Shown here: one piece after another, positions 20,886-30,649 of the stretch | How the letters are laid out: each line of letters begins with the position of its first letter | How positions within the stretch are numbered: the first letter of the stretch is position 1 | From: a virus | IMG/VR virus record: IMGVR_UViG_3300017917_001687 | Coordinates: 1-64,000 of that record | Length of the DNA: 64,000 nucleotides | Direction: 5' to 3' (one strand) | Translations under genes and position numbers: made by a program | Notes under the pieces: model-generated | Told to the model about the DNA's origin: nothing | Seen by the model: only the letters and a program-made list of their open reading frames with translations | Database searches by the model: none

Positions 20886-22000
20886 ATTACGTTATATGGT
20901 GATTGGAAAGGTCTGAACTTTAAAGCCTTGTTTAGGTTTTCTGCTTCATTGGCCTTTCTTTCCATCATTTTATCGGGTCTTAATCTTTCAAGTTTTAAGT
21001 TTAATTCTTCCAATAGTTTTAATTTTTCGTCTTTAGCCTCTGTAAGTAAAGAATTATAGTCTAATTTTACTTGACTATCAGGTACTTGTAAATCACCAGA
21101 GAATTTACCCCAAATACGACCTAATCCTTCTTTAGCATAAGCGATTAGGTATTTTCTAACCCAATTTTGTGATGGTCTATTCATCATGTCCCATGTCAGT
21201 TGCTCTATTTCAACATCAGAAGGTAGTTTTACAATATCTTTATTTTTTTGTAAACAATCGTCCCTATCTTCGGTTTCATAATACCAATACCAAACCCTAC
21301 TTCTATTGTTTTGTATTGAACCGAAATCAAATCTACCACCCGGAACATTATGAAGATGTACTATCTTTGTTCCGTTTGGTCCTGCGGTTACTCTATATGT
21401 TAATTCACCACCAATCAAACGATTTTTAATATTTCTATCTTGCATCCTTAATAAAAGGTCAAATGCGGGTAATAAGAAATATGAACCCGACGCACCTTGT
21501 TGTGCAAAACCACCCACACCACCAAATGCAACACCACCTAAACCACCGAAACCACCTAAGAATGGGTCAACAATAGAGTCAGTTAATTCCGCCCTTGTGA
21601 ACCATAGTATTTCATTTATTTCCCTACCAGCAGGAATAACATAAGTTTGGGTATTCGCCGATAAAGTAATATAGTCTTTCTTTAACTCGTGTGGTCCAGC
21701 TGTTTGTAAACCAACAATTTTTGAATATGCATATGTGTATTGAGTTTCAAAATCTAAGCTTCTTGTTGTGAATGCTCTTGTTAAAGATTGTGTATCAACA
21801 TTAATACCAATTAACGATGACCATTGTGATTCAATCAACCAATCGTTAACATGTTGTTCATATTCAGATATTGCTAGTTCCAAGAAGGTATCCATTTGTT
21901 CTTCTGTTAACTCAATACCTCTAACAGGTAATCCTAATAGATGGAAAACCTGTGTGTATAGTTTTTGTTTTTCGGGGTTTGAAATTACTGTGATTGACAT
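20882..22000 (-). CDS. Neck/head-tail adaptor protein (T4 gp13-like)
   Basis: LG.P...IELTEEQMD N-terminus and WVRKY..A..KE.LG...GKF C-terminus; minus-strand TATTTATA at 22013-22020. Confidence 0.7.
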   Translation of the reverse strand: MSITVISNPEKQKLYTQVFHLLGLPVRGIELTEEQMDTFLELAISEYEQHVNDWLIESQWSSLIGINVDTQSLTRAFTTRSLDFETQYTYAYSKIVGLQTAGPHELKKDYITLSANTQTYVIPAGREINEILWFTRAELTDSIVDPFLGGFGGLGGVAFGGVGGFAQQGASGSYFLLPAFDLLLRMQDRNIKNRLIGGELTYRVTAGPNGTKIVHLHNVPGGRFDFGSIQNNRSRVWYWYYETEDRDDCLQKNKDIVKLPSDVEIEQLTWDMMNRPSQNWVRKYLIAYAKEGLGRIWGKFSGDLQVPDSQVKLDYNSLLTEAKDEKLKLLEELNLKLERLRPDKMMERKANEAENLNKALKFRPFQSPYNVI

Positions 22001-22036
22001 GTTTCTTTTTGTTATAAATATCTTTATATTTGAATT

Positions 22037-22258
22037 ATGGAAAATTCAAGACCCGAACAAAAAATAATTCAACTCGCATTGTTTTGTTACAGAAACAAAA
22101 TTGAGTTCATTTTTCAAAAAGAAGATGAAGGAAATTATGTGAAGTATGAATCTGAACCAATTAAAAAAGTCACTTTAAACATTTCTGACCCTGATGATTT
22201 GGACTTTGAATCGGTATTAGACGAAAAGATAAATGAATTAAACCAACTCTTTCAGTAA
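22037..22258 (+). CDS. Hypothetical protein
   Basis: 73-aa ORF filling the gap; TATATTTG (TAnnTTTG) at 22026-22033 just upstream. Confidence 0.55.
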   Translation: MENSRPEQKIIQLALFCYRNKIEFIFQKEDEGNYVKYESEPIKKVTLNISDPDDLDFESVLDEKINELNQLFQ

Positions 22259-23992
22259 GGACTCTGCAAAACTTTCAGAGTATTCCCCATCACCCATAAC
22301 CTGATCAATAACACTCTTTTTCTTTTGTAAAATATTGTAAACTATTCTTTCAACAGTATTTTCAAAAATAGGATAATAAACAAGTACACTATTTTTTTGT
22401 CCGTATCTATATGCCCTATCTTCTGCTTGTGAATGGTCCGCAGGAACAAAAGAAAGGTCATTCATAATAACAGTTTCGGCTGCGGTTAAGGTAATACCAA
22501 CACCACCAGCCTTTATGTTAGATATGAATATTTTTATCTTATCTTCGGTTTGAAATCTATCAACAGATACTTGTCTTTTTTCTTTTGACATTCGCCCGTC
22601 CAATACTACGGAATTCTTTTTATACTTTTCATGTAACATATCCAAGGTCATTGTAAAGTTTGTAAACACAATAACTTTTTTACCCTGTTCTATGAATTTA
22701 TCAATCAATTCACATGTGTATGGTACTTTTTCATAAGAAATTATTTGTCTTATTTTCATTAGACGATTTATAGTTACACTGATAGATTCCTTGTTTTTAT
22801 TATCTGATGTAATTCTCATAAAGTTTTCAAGTTCCTCATCGTAGAATGTACTTTTCAAATCCAAAAATACAGGTGTAATAATTTTTTCGGGTAGGTCCAA
22901 AATATCCGTTTTCATTCTTCTTAATACAATATTTTTGGTTCTTTCCCTTAACTCATCTAAATTACTTGCACCATTAGTGTTCCATATTCTTTTACCACCA
23001 ACTTTAAACTGATAACCCGCACAATATCTTTTTACATAACTCTGCCAATTTAGTGTTAAAGGAGAATCAACAATTTTTAACAAATTATAATAATTTATCG
23101 GTCTTGATGTCATTGGTGTACCAGTTAGTAACCAAACCTTTGGTATTTTTACAAGTAAATCATTAATAAGTTTGGTTCTTTGTGCTGTTGGGTTTGAAAT
23201 ATAATGAGCCTCATCAATTATACATAAATCAAATTTTTCATTAACAATTTGTTGGTTAATTTCTTCACCCAATTCGGATTTTTCCGTTGAGTGGTAGTTC
23301 TTTATAATGTCGTAATTAATAATATAGAAATCAAATGTTGACCCCCACTTTCTACCCTCAACAATTAAACATTTCCTATTTGAATAATTCTCAATTTCCC
23401 TTTGCCAGTTAATTTTTAAAGATGCAGGACAAATGATTAATATTTTCTTGGCACCACTTTCCAACGCACCGATTACGGCAGATGTTGTTTTTCCCAAACC
23501 CATATCATCTGCTAATATAAACCTATCATTTGCAAGTAGTTTTTCAATTGCAATTTTTTGGTGATCCATTGGAGGTCTTTTGTGGTATGGAGAATAATCA
23601 ACAACTCTGTTAAGTTTCTTTTCTTCTTGGATTATTGCCGCTTTTGGTAACCACATTGCGTAGTTATTCTCGGTATCAACAACCTTACCCCATATATGAT
23701 ATGCTTTATCACTTTCACATAATAACTTTTCACACCAAATTTTTTCTGGTGGTTTGGTCAAATGTCTATCATCCATTATTTTTTCACCAAAAGTGTTTAC
23801 GATACTAATATATTTTTTAGCAACTCTTGGTACTATTTCATGATACCTTAATACGTAATCACATTGTGGGCGTGTTAACTTAAAATTCTTAACTTCTAAG
23901 AACTTTTTTTTCCAATCTAATAGTTGGTTATTAAAACCTGTATAGTTTAATAATATGTCTCTTGCTTCAATTTCAGGAATTTTTGTTTCCAT
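22238..23992 (-). CDS. SNF2/SMARCAL1-like SF2 helicase
   Basis: LADDMGLGKT, DEAH, LTGTP, GGVGITLT, QAEDRAYRYGQ; true start METKIP at 23992 (the longer ORF overlaps the next gene). Confidence 0.9.
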   Translation of the reverse strand: METKIPEIEARDILLNYTGFNNQLLDWKKKFLEVKNFKLTRPQCDYVLRYHEIVPRVAKKYISIVNTFGEKIMDDRHLTKPPEKIWCEKLLCESDKAYHIWGKVVDTENNYAMWLPKAAIIQEEKKLNRVVDYSPYHKRPPMDHQKIAIEKLLANDRFILADDMGLGKTTSAVIGALESGAKKILIICPASLKINWQREIENYSNRKCLIVEGRKWGSTFDFYIINYDIIKNYHSTEKSELGEEINQQIVNEKFDLCIIDEAHYISNPTAQRTKLINDLLVKIPKVWLLTGTPMTSRPINYYNLLKIVDSPLTLNWQSYVKRYCAGYQFKVGGKRIWNTNGASNLDELRERTKNIVLRRMKTDILDLPEKIITPVFLDLKSTFYDEELENFMRITSDNKNKESISVTINRLMKIRQIISYEKVPYTCELIDKFIEQGKKVIVFTNFTMTLDMLHEKYKKNSVVLDGRMSKEKRQVSVDRFQTEDKIKIFISNIKAGGVGITLTAAETVIMNDLSFVPADHSQAEDRAYRYGQKNSVLVYYPIFENTVERIVYNILQKKKSVIDQVMGDGEYSESFAESLLKELV

Positions 23993-24030
23993 AGATATTA
24001 AATATATACAAATACATTTGATGTTTAAAG

Positions 24031-24038
24031 TATTTATA
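24031..24038 (+). promoter_or_regulatory. Representative TATTTAT(A/T) putative late promoter
   Basis: Same motif at 7478, 17521, 22013(-), 27428(-), 27479, 30604, 32129, 34040, 45047, 53257, 53629, 55970, 63879, each upstream of a gene start. Confidence 0.7.
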
Positions 24039-24041
24039 AGT

Positions 24042-24554
24042 ATGAAAAACAAGTTACCTATTACAAGAATTAGTAAATTTTGGTCTGAAACCGATTTTGA
24101 CCTTAATGTACAAATAGGACAAGAATATTTACATGGGGATATTGGTATGAAATTGGTTCTTTTTAGAGTTAATAGACAAACTACCGATACCGATGAAGTA
24201 TATGCTGAAGTTGGTAAAGACGACATTAAATTTTTATCACCAGTTGAATTTTTTGGTTTAGTTAAAATAGAGGAACCTAAAAATTCTTCATACACAAAAG
24301 GTGTAAATAGGTATTTGGAACCTGGAAACATGACTGTTTCTGTTTATATTACACATTTACAAGAATTAGGTGTTGATATTCGATATGGTGACTACATAGG
24401 TTACCCTGAGTCAGAAGAAAGAGTTAGGTATTATACTGTCACAAACGATGGAAAGGTAACTTCAGATAATAAACATAGTATGTTCGGTTATAAACCACAT
24501 TATAGAACAATAACTTGTGCACCAGCACAGGAAGTTGAGTTTAGAGGAATTTAA
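24042..24554 (+). CDS. Head completion/neck protein (gp14-like)
   Basis: DEVYAE motif, GDYI, position before tail terminator; start MKNKLP at 24042, after TATTTATA at 24031. Confidence 0.6.
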   Translation: MKNKLPITRISKFWSETDFDLNVQIGQEYLHGDIGMKLVLFRVNRQTTDTDEVYAEVGKDDIKFLSPVEFFGLVKIEEPKNSSYTKGVNRYLEPGNMTVSVYITHLQELGVDIRYGDYIGYPESEERVRYYTVTNDGKVTSDNKHSMFGYKPHYRTITCAPAQEVEFRGI

Positions 24555-24600
24555 TGTCTAAACAAGATGGATTTATAAAAAAAATTAAATACGGAAAATA

Positions 24601-25752
24601 ATGTCAATACCTAAAAGAAAAAATAATATAAAAGTTTATGGTGTAAATATTGATACCGATGGTCCTGCGGTTACCGGTAGAAGGAAAGAATTGCTAGAAA
24701 GAATAACAAAATCTGATTCTTTTCTACCTGATTCTATTTTACACGATGATCTTGATTTGGGTATGTTAGATTTTGTTAAAGAAAATTTCAAAGTTATTTC
24801 TGATGGGAATCAAATACCAATTATACCAAAAATTTTAACAATACAAAGATGGGGTGAGTTTACAAACAATTGGACTTTTTCGGATGAAGATGGTAATATG
24901 AAATTACCATTTGTTGCGGTGGTTAGAAAACCAGACGCACAACCCGGATCAAATCCAGCAATTCAAAGAACTATACCCGATAGAAGAGATTTCTTCTATG
25001 CTTCAGTCCCAACATGGGATGGAAATAAAATGGGTGCGGATGTTTATAAAATTCCACAACCCGTAGCAATTGATTTAACTTTCGATGTTACTATTGTTTG
25101 TACTAAATTTAGAGATGTAAACAGGTTTAACAAAATCGTTTTACAAAAATTTGCATCTCGTCAAGCCTATACAAGTGTTAAGGGTCATTATATTCCTATC
25201 GTTTTAGATAGGATTGAGGATAGTACTCCAATGGACACCTTGGATGGAAGAAGATTTTACATACAAAACTACACATTCACATTATTGGGGTTTTTAATAG
25301 ATGATGAAGAATTTGAAGTTAAACCCGCAATTTCAAGAATATTGAAAGTTGCGGAAACAGATGTAACAACAAAGAAAAAATCACCAATACTTGTAGAAAA
25401 TGAAATTACAATCCAAAGTCTTTATGGTCCGGGTTCAATTGTTGCTAATTACTCTGCAACAACAACATTTGCTGCTGATAGATTTGTTGAGGTGTCTTTC
25501 GTTGATCAGTTGGGAACACTATCTGGTGATACTATTGACATACCTGTTAAATTATTTATAGAAAAAAATAGTAGAACAGGATCTACAACAACAACATTAA
25601 GTGATGAATATTCAGAATTAAACAAAACCAATCAATTTAGTGGGTTAACAATAACAACCAGTAAAAAATCTAAATACGAATATATACCAATTACAACATC
25701 GGAATTTTTACCAGAGGTATCACCAACACCAACACACCTACAAACACCATAA
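24601..25752 (+). CDS. Tail terminator/completion protein (gp15-like); probably continues into 26996 via -1 frame break
   Basis: KLPF..V.R and P.PV..D..FDVTI patterns, position before sheath; ends inside a Pro/Thr linker. Confidence 0.6.
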   Translation: MSIPKRKNNIKVYGVNIDTDGPAVTGRRKELLERITKSDSFLPDSILHDDLDLGMLDFVKENFKVISDGNQIPIIPKILTIQRWGEFTNNWTFSDEDGNMKLPFVAVVRKPDAQPGSNPAIQRTIPDRRDFFYASVPTWDGNKMGADVYKIPQPVAIDLTFDVTIVCTKFRDVNRFNKIVLQKFASRQAYTSVKGHYIPIVLDRIEDSTPMDTLDGRRFYIQNYTFTLLGFLIDDEEFEVKPAISRILKVAETDVTTKKKSPILVENEITIQSLYGPGSIVANYSATTTFAADRFVEVSFVDQLGTLSGDTIDIPVKLFIEKNSRTGSTTTTLSDEYSELNKTNQFSGLTITTSKKSKYEYIPITTSEFLPEVSPTPTHLQTP

Positions 25753-26996
25753 CAAATACACCAACCAACACATCTACGCCAACACAAACCCCAACCAACA
25801 CACCCACAAACACCATAACAAATACACCTACAAATAGTGTAACACCGACAGAAACTCCAACCAACACACCAACAAATAGTGTTACCCCAACACCAACAAG
25901 TATAATTCCTTTTGATATTTTAGTCGGCGGTAACTATAATATATATAGTGGTGTTTCGTCTCAGTGTTTCATTGTATTAAATTCAAATGGTTCAATAAAT
26001 AAATCACTTAATTTTAATGATGGTTTTGGTAATGTCGTGTTTAATACTGTACAACAGATTGATAATAAAATAATTGCAGTGGGTAATTTTACATCATTTA
26101 GTGGTGTTACAACAAATAGAATTGTTAGGTTAAATTCTGACTTAACAAGAGATAACACATTTAGTATTGGAACTGGTTTTAATGGTTTAGTTCATTCTAT
26201 ACAACTCCAATCTGATGAAAAAATAATAGTCGGCGGTACTTTTACATCATATAGTGGTGTTACATCGAACAGAATTATTAGATTAAATACTGATGGATCA
26301 ATAGATAATACATTTAATATTGGTACTGGTTTTGGTGGTACTGTTTATGTCACAAAAATACAATCTGACGGAAAAATAATAGTAGGTGGTAGTTTTGCAT
26401 TGTATAGTGGTGTTACATCAAACAGAATTATTAGATTAAATACTGATGGATCAATAGATAATACATTTAGTGTTGGTACTGGTTTTGGTGACGTATCTCC
26501 ATGGACATATTCATTTGATGTACAATCTGATGGAAAAATAATAGTTGGTGGAGATTTTACATCGTATAGTGGGGTTTCATTAAATAGAATTGTTAGGTTA
26601 AATACTGATGGGTCAATAGATAATACATTTAGTATTGGAACTGGTTTTGATAATCTTGTTTATGTCACAAAAATACAATCTGATGGAAAAACATTAGTAG
26701 GTGGTAATTTTACATCGTATAGTGGTGTTACATCAAACAGAATTATTAGATTAAATACTGATGGATCAATAGATAACACATTTAATATTGGAACTGGAGT
26801 TGATGATTCTATTTATGACATAGTGATTCAATCTGATGGAAAAATAATGCTTGGTGGAGAATTCATATCTTATAATGGAACAACAAGCAATTACATTATT
26901 AGATTAAACACCAATGGTTCAATAGATAATACATTTAGTATTGGTACTGGATTTAATGGTACTGTTCGTGAGATAAATTTAATAAGGGAAATATGA
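25674..26996 (+). CDS. Pro/Thr linker plus delta-60-repeat beta-propeller (no good independent start)
   Basis: Frame open from 25674: TNTPT-rich linker then about 7 repeats of IQSDGKIIVGG.F..YSGVT.NRIIRLNTDGSIDNTF. Confidence 0.8.
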   Translation: MRIYTNYNIGIFTRGITNTNTPTNTITNTPTNTSTPTQTPTNTPTNTITNTPTNSVTPTETPTNTPTNSVTPTPTSIIPFDILVGGNYNIYSGVSSQCFIVLNSNGSINKSLNFNDGFGNVVFNTVQQIDNKIIAVGNFTSFSGVTTNRIVRLNSDLTRDNTFSIGTGFNGLVHSIQLQSDEKIIVGGTFTSYSGVTSNRIIRLNTDGSIDNTFNIGTGFGGTVYVTKIQSDGKIIVGGSFALYSGVTSNRIIRLNTDGSIDNTFSVGTGFGDVSPWTYSFDVQSDGKIIVGGDFTSYSGVSLNRIVRLNTDGSIDNTFSIGTGFDNLVYVTKIQSDGKTLVGGNFTSYSGVTSNRIIRLNTDGSIDNTFNIGTGVDDSIYDIVIQSDGKIMLGGEFISYNGTTSNYIIRLNTNGSIDNTFSIGTGFNGTVREINLIREI

Positions 26997-27220
26997 CAAT
27001 ACAAGAATTTTTAAACGAAAACACATTATCTGCAATTGAAAAGACAGATACTTTAATAATCAACTTAGTGGTTGGTGAATCAACTTATGGTTTAGATGTG
27101 GACACCTCTTCAATTGAAGCAGGTACACCATTAATCAGAACAACAAATTTCCAAATTGATGAAAATTTATTGGTAAGTGAAGAATTATCTTTGGATATAA
27201 CCACAACAAACATGTTGTAA
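26993..27220 (+). CDS. Hypothetical protein
   Basis: 75-aa acidic ORF with ATGA overlap to the upstream stop. Confidence 0.65.
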   Translation: MTIQEFLNENTLSAIEKTDTLIINLVVGESTYGLDVDTSSIEAGTPLIRTTNFQIDENLLVSEELSLDITTTNML

Positions 27221-27400
27221 TTAGTCACCATAGATATCTCTTTTTTTAGGTTCGTGGGTTGGTTTATTGTTTTTACAATTTTCATCAATCCACTTTTGAA
27301 CCACCTTATACATTTTAAGTCCATTTACATCACAATACTCTTTTAAAATTTCGTGGTGTTTTTCACTAATCTTTAGGTTTTTTTTACTATTTGAATTCAT
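27221..27400 (-). CDS. Small ribbon-helix-helix-like DNA-binding protein (59 aa, missing from ORF track)
   Basis: Manual translation MNSNSKKNLKISEKHHEILKEYCDVNGLKMYKVVQKWIDENCKNNKPTHEPKKRDIYGD; preceded by minus-strand TATTTATA at 27428-27435. Confidence 0.65.
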   Translation of the reverse strand: MNSNSKKNLKISEKHHEILKEYCDVNGLKMYKVVQKWIDENCKNNKPTHEPKKRDIYGD

Positions 27401-27526
27401 GATGATATTAAAAGATAAACTTTTATCTATAAATATCTTTTTTTAAAAAATCAAGGAAATCTTTGATAAAAACAAAGATATTTATTAGTAAAGTAATAAA
27501 AATCATTTAATAAAAAAAATCAAAAA

Positions 27527-30382
27527 ATGGCAAATTCAAACAGAGTTTTTGTGTCACCGGGTGTGTATACATCTGAAAAAGATTTAACATTTGTAGCACA
27601 AAGTGTAGGGGTGAGTACGTTGGGATTAGTGGGTGAAACACTAAGAGGTCCAGCTTTCGAACCAATTTTAATAACAGACTTCGATGAGTTCAAATCATAT
27701 TTTGGTGGAACTTTACCTGAAAAAGATGGTAATGGCAACCCAAAATATGAATTACCTTATTTCGCTAAGGCTTATCTTGAAGAATCTAATCAATTATTCG
27801 TAACTAGAATACTTGGATTAACAGGTTATAAACCAGTAAAAACATTCGCAATTCAAACTATAGGTGGTGTTGAAGTTGATACTACAACGTATACAGGTAC
27901 AACGTATACAGGTACAACAATGACAGTTACAGGTATTACCGGATCATCATTTTATAACATATTATCAGGTGTCACATCTTACGATGGACAATCTATGTTA
28001 AATTATTTCACAACCAATTATAGCGGTCTAACCTCGGGTCAAACTGGTACTTGGTTTGTTATGGGTCTTGTACCTGAAAGTGCAACAAGTGGTTTAACAG
28101 CAGGTTTAGAGGTTATTTCACCTTTGACTGGTTTAAATAATGCCGATAATAACAACACCAAAGAATGGTACAATGTATTAGTAAACAGTACATACGATAA
28201 TGTTTATTCGTATTTGTTTGTTTACAATAGTGGAACCACGTCATTTAATTACACTGAATTTGAGTATTCAGCAACACAATACACTGAATATAACAATAGA
28301 GTAGTTGCGGCTTTAAGATCAAGAGGTTCTTATGCGGGACAAACATTAACTCTTGAAACGACATCTAATTCTAATTTTAACATTTCAGGTTCAGATTTAT
28401 CGGTTAATCCACTTTCTGAATTTACACTTAATGTTACAGGTTCAACAAGTAACTCTAAAACATTTACTTGTAGTTTAGATACATCATCATCAAAATACAT
28501 TACTAAAGTATTGGGTACAGATGTTTATGATAAATTAAGATCTGAAATTCCTGTTTATGTTTACGAAGTTTACCCTAATTACTTAAAAGCAGCATTTGAA
28601 CAAGGTTTCATAAAAGGTTTAAGTTTAACTGAAGTTTATAACACCGAAAATAATTCATTCTTAAGAGGATGGGATACACCGGTATCACCAATGGTGGTAT
28701 CTGAAGTTAGAGGTGGTGAAGTTTCAGACTTATTTGAAATTGTAACCATATCTGATGGTGATGGTGCAAACTACGATGTTAAAGTTTCATTTATTAATAT
28801 TGATATTGAAACAGGTGAGTTTGATGTAATTGTTCGTGATTTTAACGATACCGATGATAACATTGTTGTACTTGAGAAATTTACAAGATGTTCAATGAAT
28901 CCTGACGTAACTGGTTATGTTGGAAGAAAAATTGGTACTGTTGATGGTGAATATGAATTACGTTCAAGATACATTATGTTACAAATGAACGAAAATCACC
29001 CGGTAGATGCGTACCCTGCAGGTTTTAAAGGATTTGTTAGTCACACATCATTCGGTGGTAGTTCACCATTAGGTTCAGTAATGTATAAAACACAATACTA
29101 CACCGCTGGTGACACTACAGGATATCAAGTGGATGGTACACCTATTTTATCAGGTGGAGACAAATTGAGAAGAAGTTACTTAGGTGTATCAAGTCAAGTT
29201 GGTCTTGATAGAGACTTATTGAAATTCAAAGGTACATCGGCAGTTGGTGTAACCAAAGGTTTCCACTTATCAACAAATGCTTCAACAATCACAGGAACAA
29301 CCTTTATTACAACTCCTTACGATTTAGAAGGACAAACAGGAACAGATAATTTCTTAACAACTTTAGGTAATCGTAAATTCACAACAGTTGTTTGTGGTGG
29401 TTTCGATGGTTGGGACATTTACAGAAATGTAAGGACTTATGGTGACGAATACATTTATGGTAAGAAAACTTACGTGAGTGGTGACACCAACAATGGTGGT
29501 GTATTTAGTACTTCATCTACAAGTCCTAATTCTGACTACTACGCATACATTAAAGGTATCGATACGTTCGCTAACCCTGAAGCTGTTGATATTAACATAT
29601 TTGCAACCGCAGGTATTAACTTCTACGACCATAGTTCATTGACAACATACGCAATTGACACAATTGAAGAAGATAGAGCGGATTCATTATATGTGATATC
29701 TTCACCAAATTACCCAACATCTGATGAAGTGTTAGACGCATTGGACACTGTTGAATTGGATAGTAACTATTCAGCAACATACTGGCCATGGATTCAAATC
29801 AGAGATGTTGATAATGCAACACAAATATATGTTCCACCAACAGGTGAAGTATTAAGAAATATTGCATTAACCGACAACGTATCGTTCCCATGGTTCGCAG
29901 TGGCTGGTTACTCAAGAGGTTTAGTTAACTCAATCAAAGCGGTTAAGAAATTAACTCTTGATGAACGTGATGACCTATACAAAGGAAGAATCAATCCAAT
30001 TGCAACTTTCTCAGATACAGGAACAATTATTTGGGGTAACAAAACTTTACAAGTTAGAGAATCTGCACTTGATAGAATAAACGTAAGAAGATTGTTGTTA
30101 AGAGCAAGAAAATTAATTTCAGCAGTTGCGATTAGATTGTTATTTGAACAAAATGATGAGATTGTACGTAACGAGTTCTTGAGATTAGTTAATCCTATTC
30201 TTGAATCAATTAAGAGAGAAAGAGGTCTATATGAGTTTAGAGTAACAGTATCTAACGATCCGGAAGATATTGACGCTAACACATTAAGAGGTAAGATTTA
30301 TATTAAACCAACTCGTTCTCTTGAATTCATAGATGTTGAATTTATAATTACACCTACAGGTGCATCGTTTGATAATATCTAA
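27527..30382 (+). CDS. Contractile tail sheath protein
   Basis: VSPGVYTSEKD N-terminus; YWPW, PWFAVAG..RG, INPI, WGNKTLQ, RINVRRLL, P.RSLEFI C-terminal core. Confidence 0.95.
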   Translation: MANSNRVFVSPGVYTSEKDLTFVAQSVGVSTLGLVGETLRGPAFEPILITDFDEFKSYFGGTLPEKDGNGNPKYELPYFAKAYLEESNQLFVTRILGLTGYKPVKTFAIQTIGGVEVDTTTYTGTTYTGTTMTVTGITGSSFYNILSGVTSYDGQSMLNYFTTNYSGLTSGQTGTWFVMGLVPESATSGLTAGLEVISPLTGLNNADNNNTKEWYNVLVNSTYDNVYSYLFVYNSGTTSFNYTEFEYSATQYTEYNNRVVAALRSRGSYAGQTLTLETTSNSNFNISGSDLSVNPLSEFTLNVTGSTSNSKTFTCSLDTSSSKYITKVLGTDVYDKLRSEIPVYVYEVYPNYLKAAFEQGFIKGLSLTEVYNTENNSFLRGWDTPVSPMVVSEVRGGEVSDLFEIVTISDGDGANYDVKVSFINIDIETGEFDVIVRDFNDTDDNIVVLEKFTRCSMNPDVTGYVGRKIGTVDGEYELRSRYIMLQMNENHPVDAYPAGFKGFVSHTSFGGSSPLGSVMYKTQYYTAGDTTGYQVDGTPILSGGDKLRRSYLGVSSQVGLDRDLLKFKGTSAVGVTKGFHLSTNASTITGTTFITTPYDLEGQTGTDNFLTTLGNRKFTTVVCGGFDGWDIYRNVRTYGDEYIYGKKTYVSGDTNNGGVFSTSSTSPNSDYYAYIKGIDTFANPEAVDINIFATAGINFYDHSSLTTYAIDTIEEDRADSLYVISSPNYPTSDEVLDALDTVELDSNYSATYWPWIQIRDVDNATQIYVPPTGEVLRNIALTDNVSFPWFAVAGYSRGLVNSIKAVKKLTLDERDDLYKGRINPIATFSDTGTIIWGNKTLQVRESALDRINVRRLLLRARKLISAVAIRLLFEQNDEIVRNEFLRLVNPILESIKRERGLYEFRVTVSNDPEDIDANTLRGKIYIKPTRSLEFIDVEFIITPTGASFDNI

Positions 30383-30387
30383 TAAAA

Positions 30388-30419
30388 AAATAAGGGGGGA
30401 TTTTCGTCCTCCCTTATTT
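30388..30419 (+). terminator. Intrinsic terminator after sheath gene
   Basis: aaataagggggga-ttttcg-tcctcccttattt stem-loop. Confidence 0.7.
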
Positions 30420-30430
30420 CTTAAAAAATT

Positions 30431-30536
30431 TACCCAGTATAATACTAGAATATTATAAACTAGTATATTTTAATCTAGAACTAGACTAGAAATATTTAAT
30501 ACTAGATTAATTTATTCTGGAACTGGATACTGGGTA
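30431..30536. repeat. Nested inverted repeats with six CTAG and three CTGG units
   Basis: Outer IR TACCCAGTAT (30431-40)/ATACTGGGTA (30527-36); inner IRs ATACTAG/CTAGTAT and TAATCTAG/CTAGATTA. Confidence 0.8.
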
Positions 30537-30649
30537 TGTAAAAAATAAGAAAAAAAAATAACAAAGTCAAGCAACACAATAAAAATATTTTTCAAATACG
30601 TAGTATTTATAGGAAAAGAAAATAACTAAAAAAATTAAGAAATAAAAAA

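Noticed and set aside
23955-24331. Apparent long overlap of helicase and neck ORFs
   Set aside because: Artefact of longest-ORF calling; starts at 23992(-) and 24042(+) leave a normal divergent gap.
27085-27324. 79-aa minus-strand ORF in the track
   Set aside because: It overlaps 26993-27220 antisense; the 27221-27400 ORF fits the gap and promoter better.
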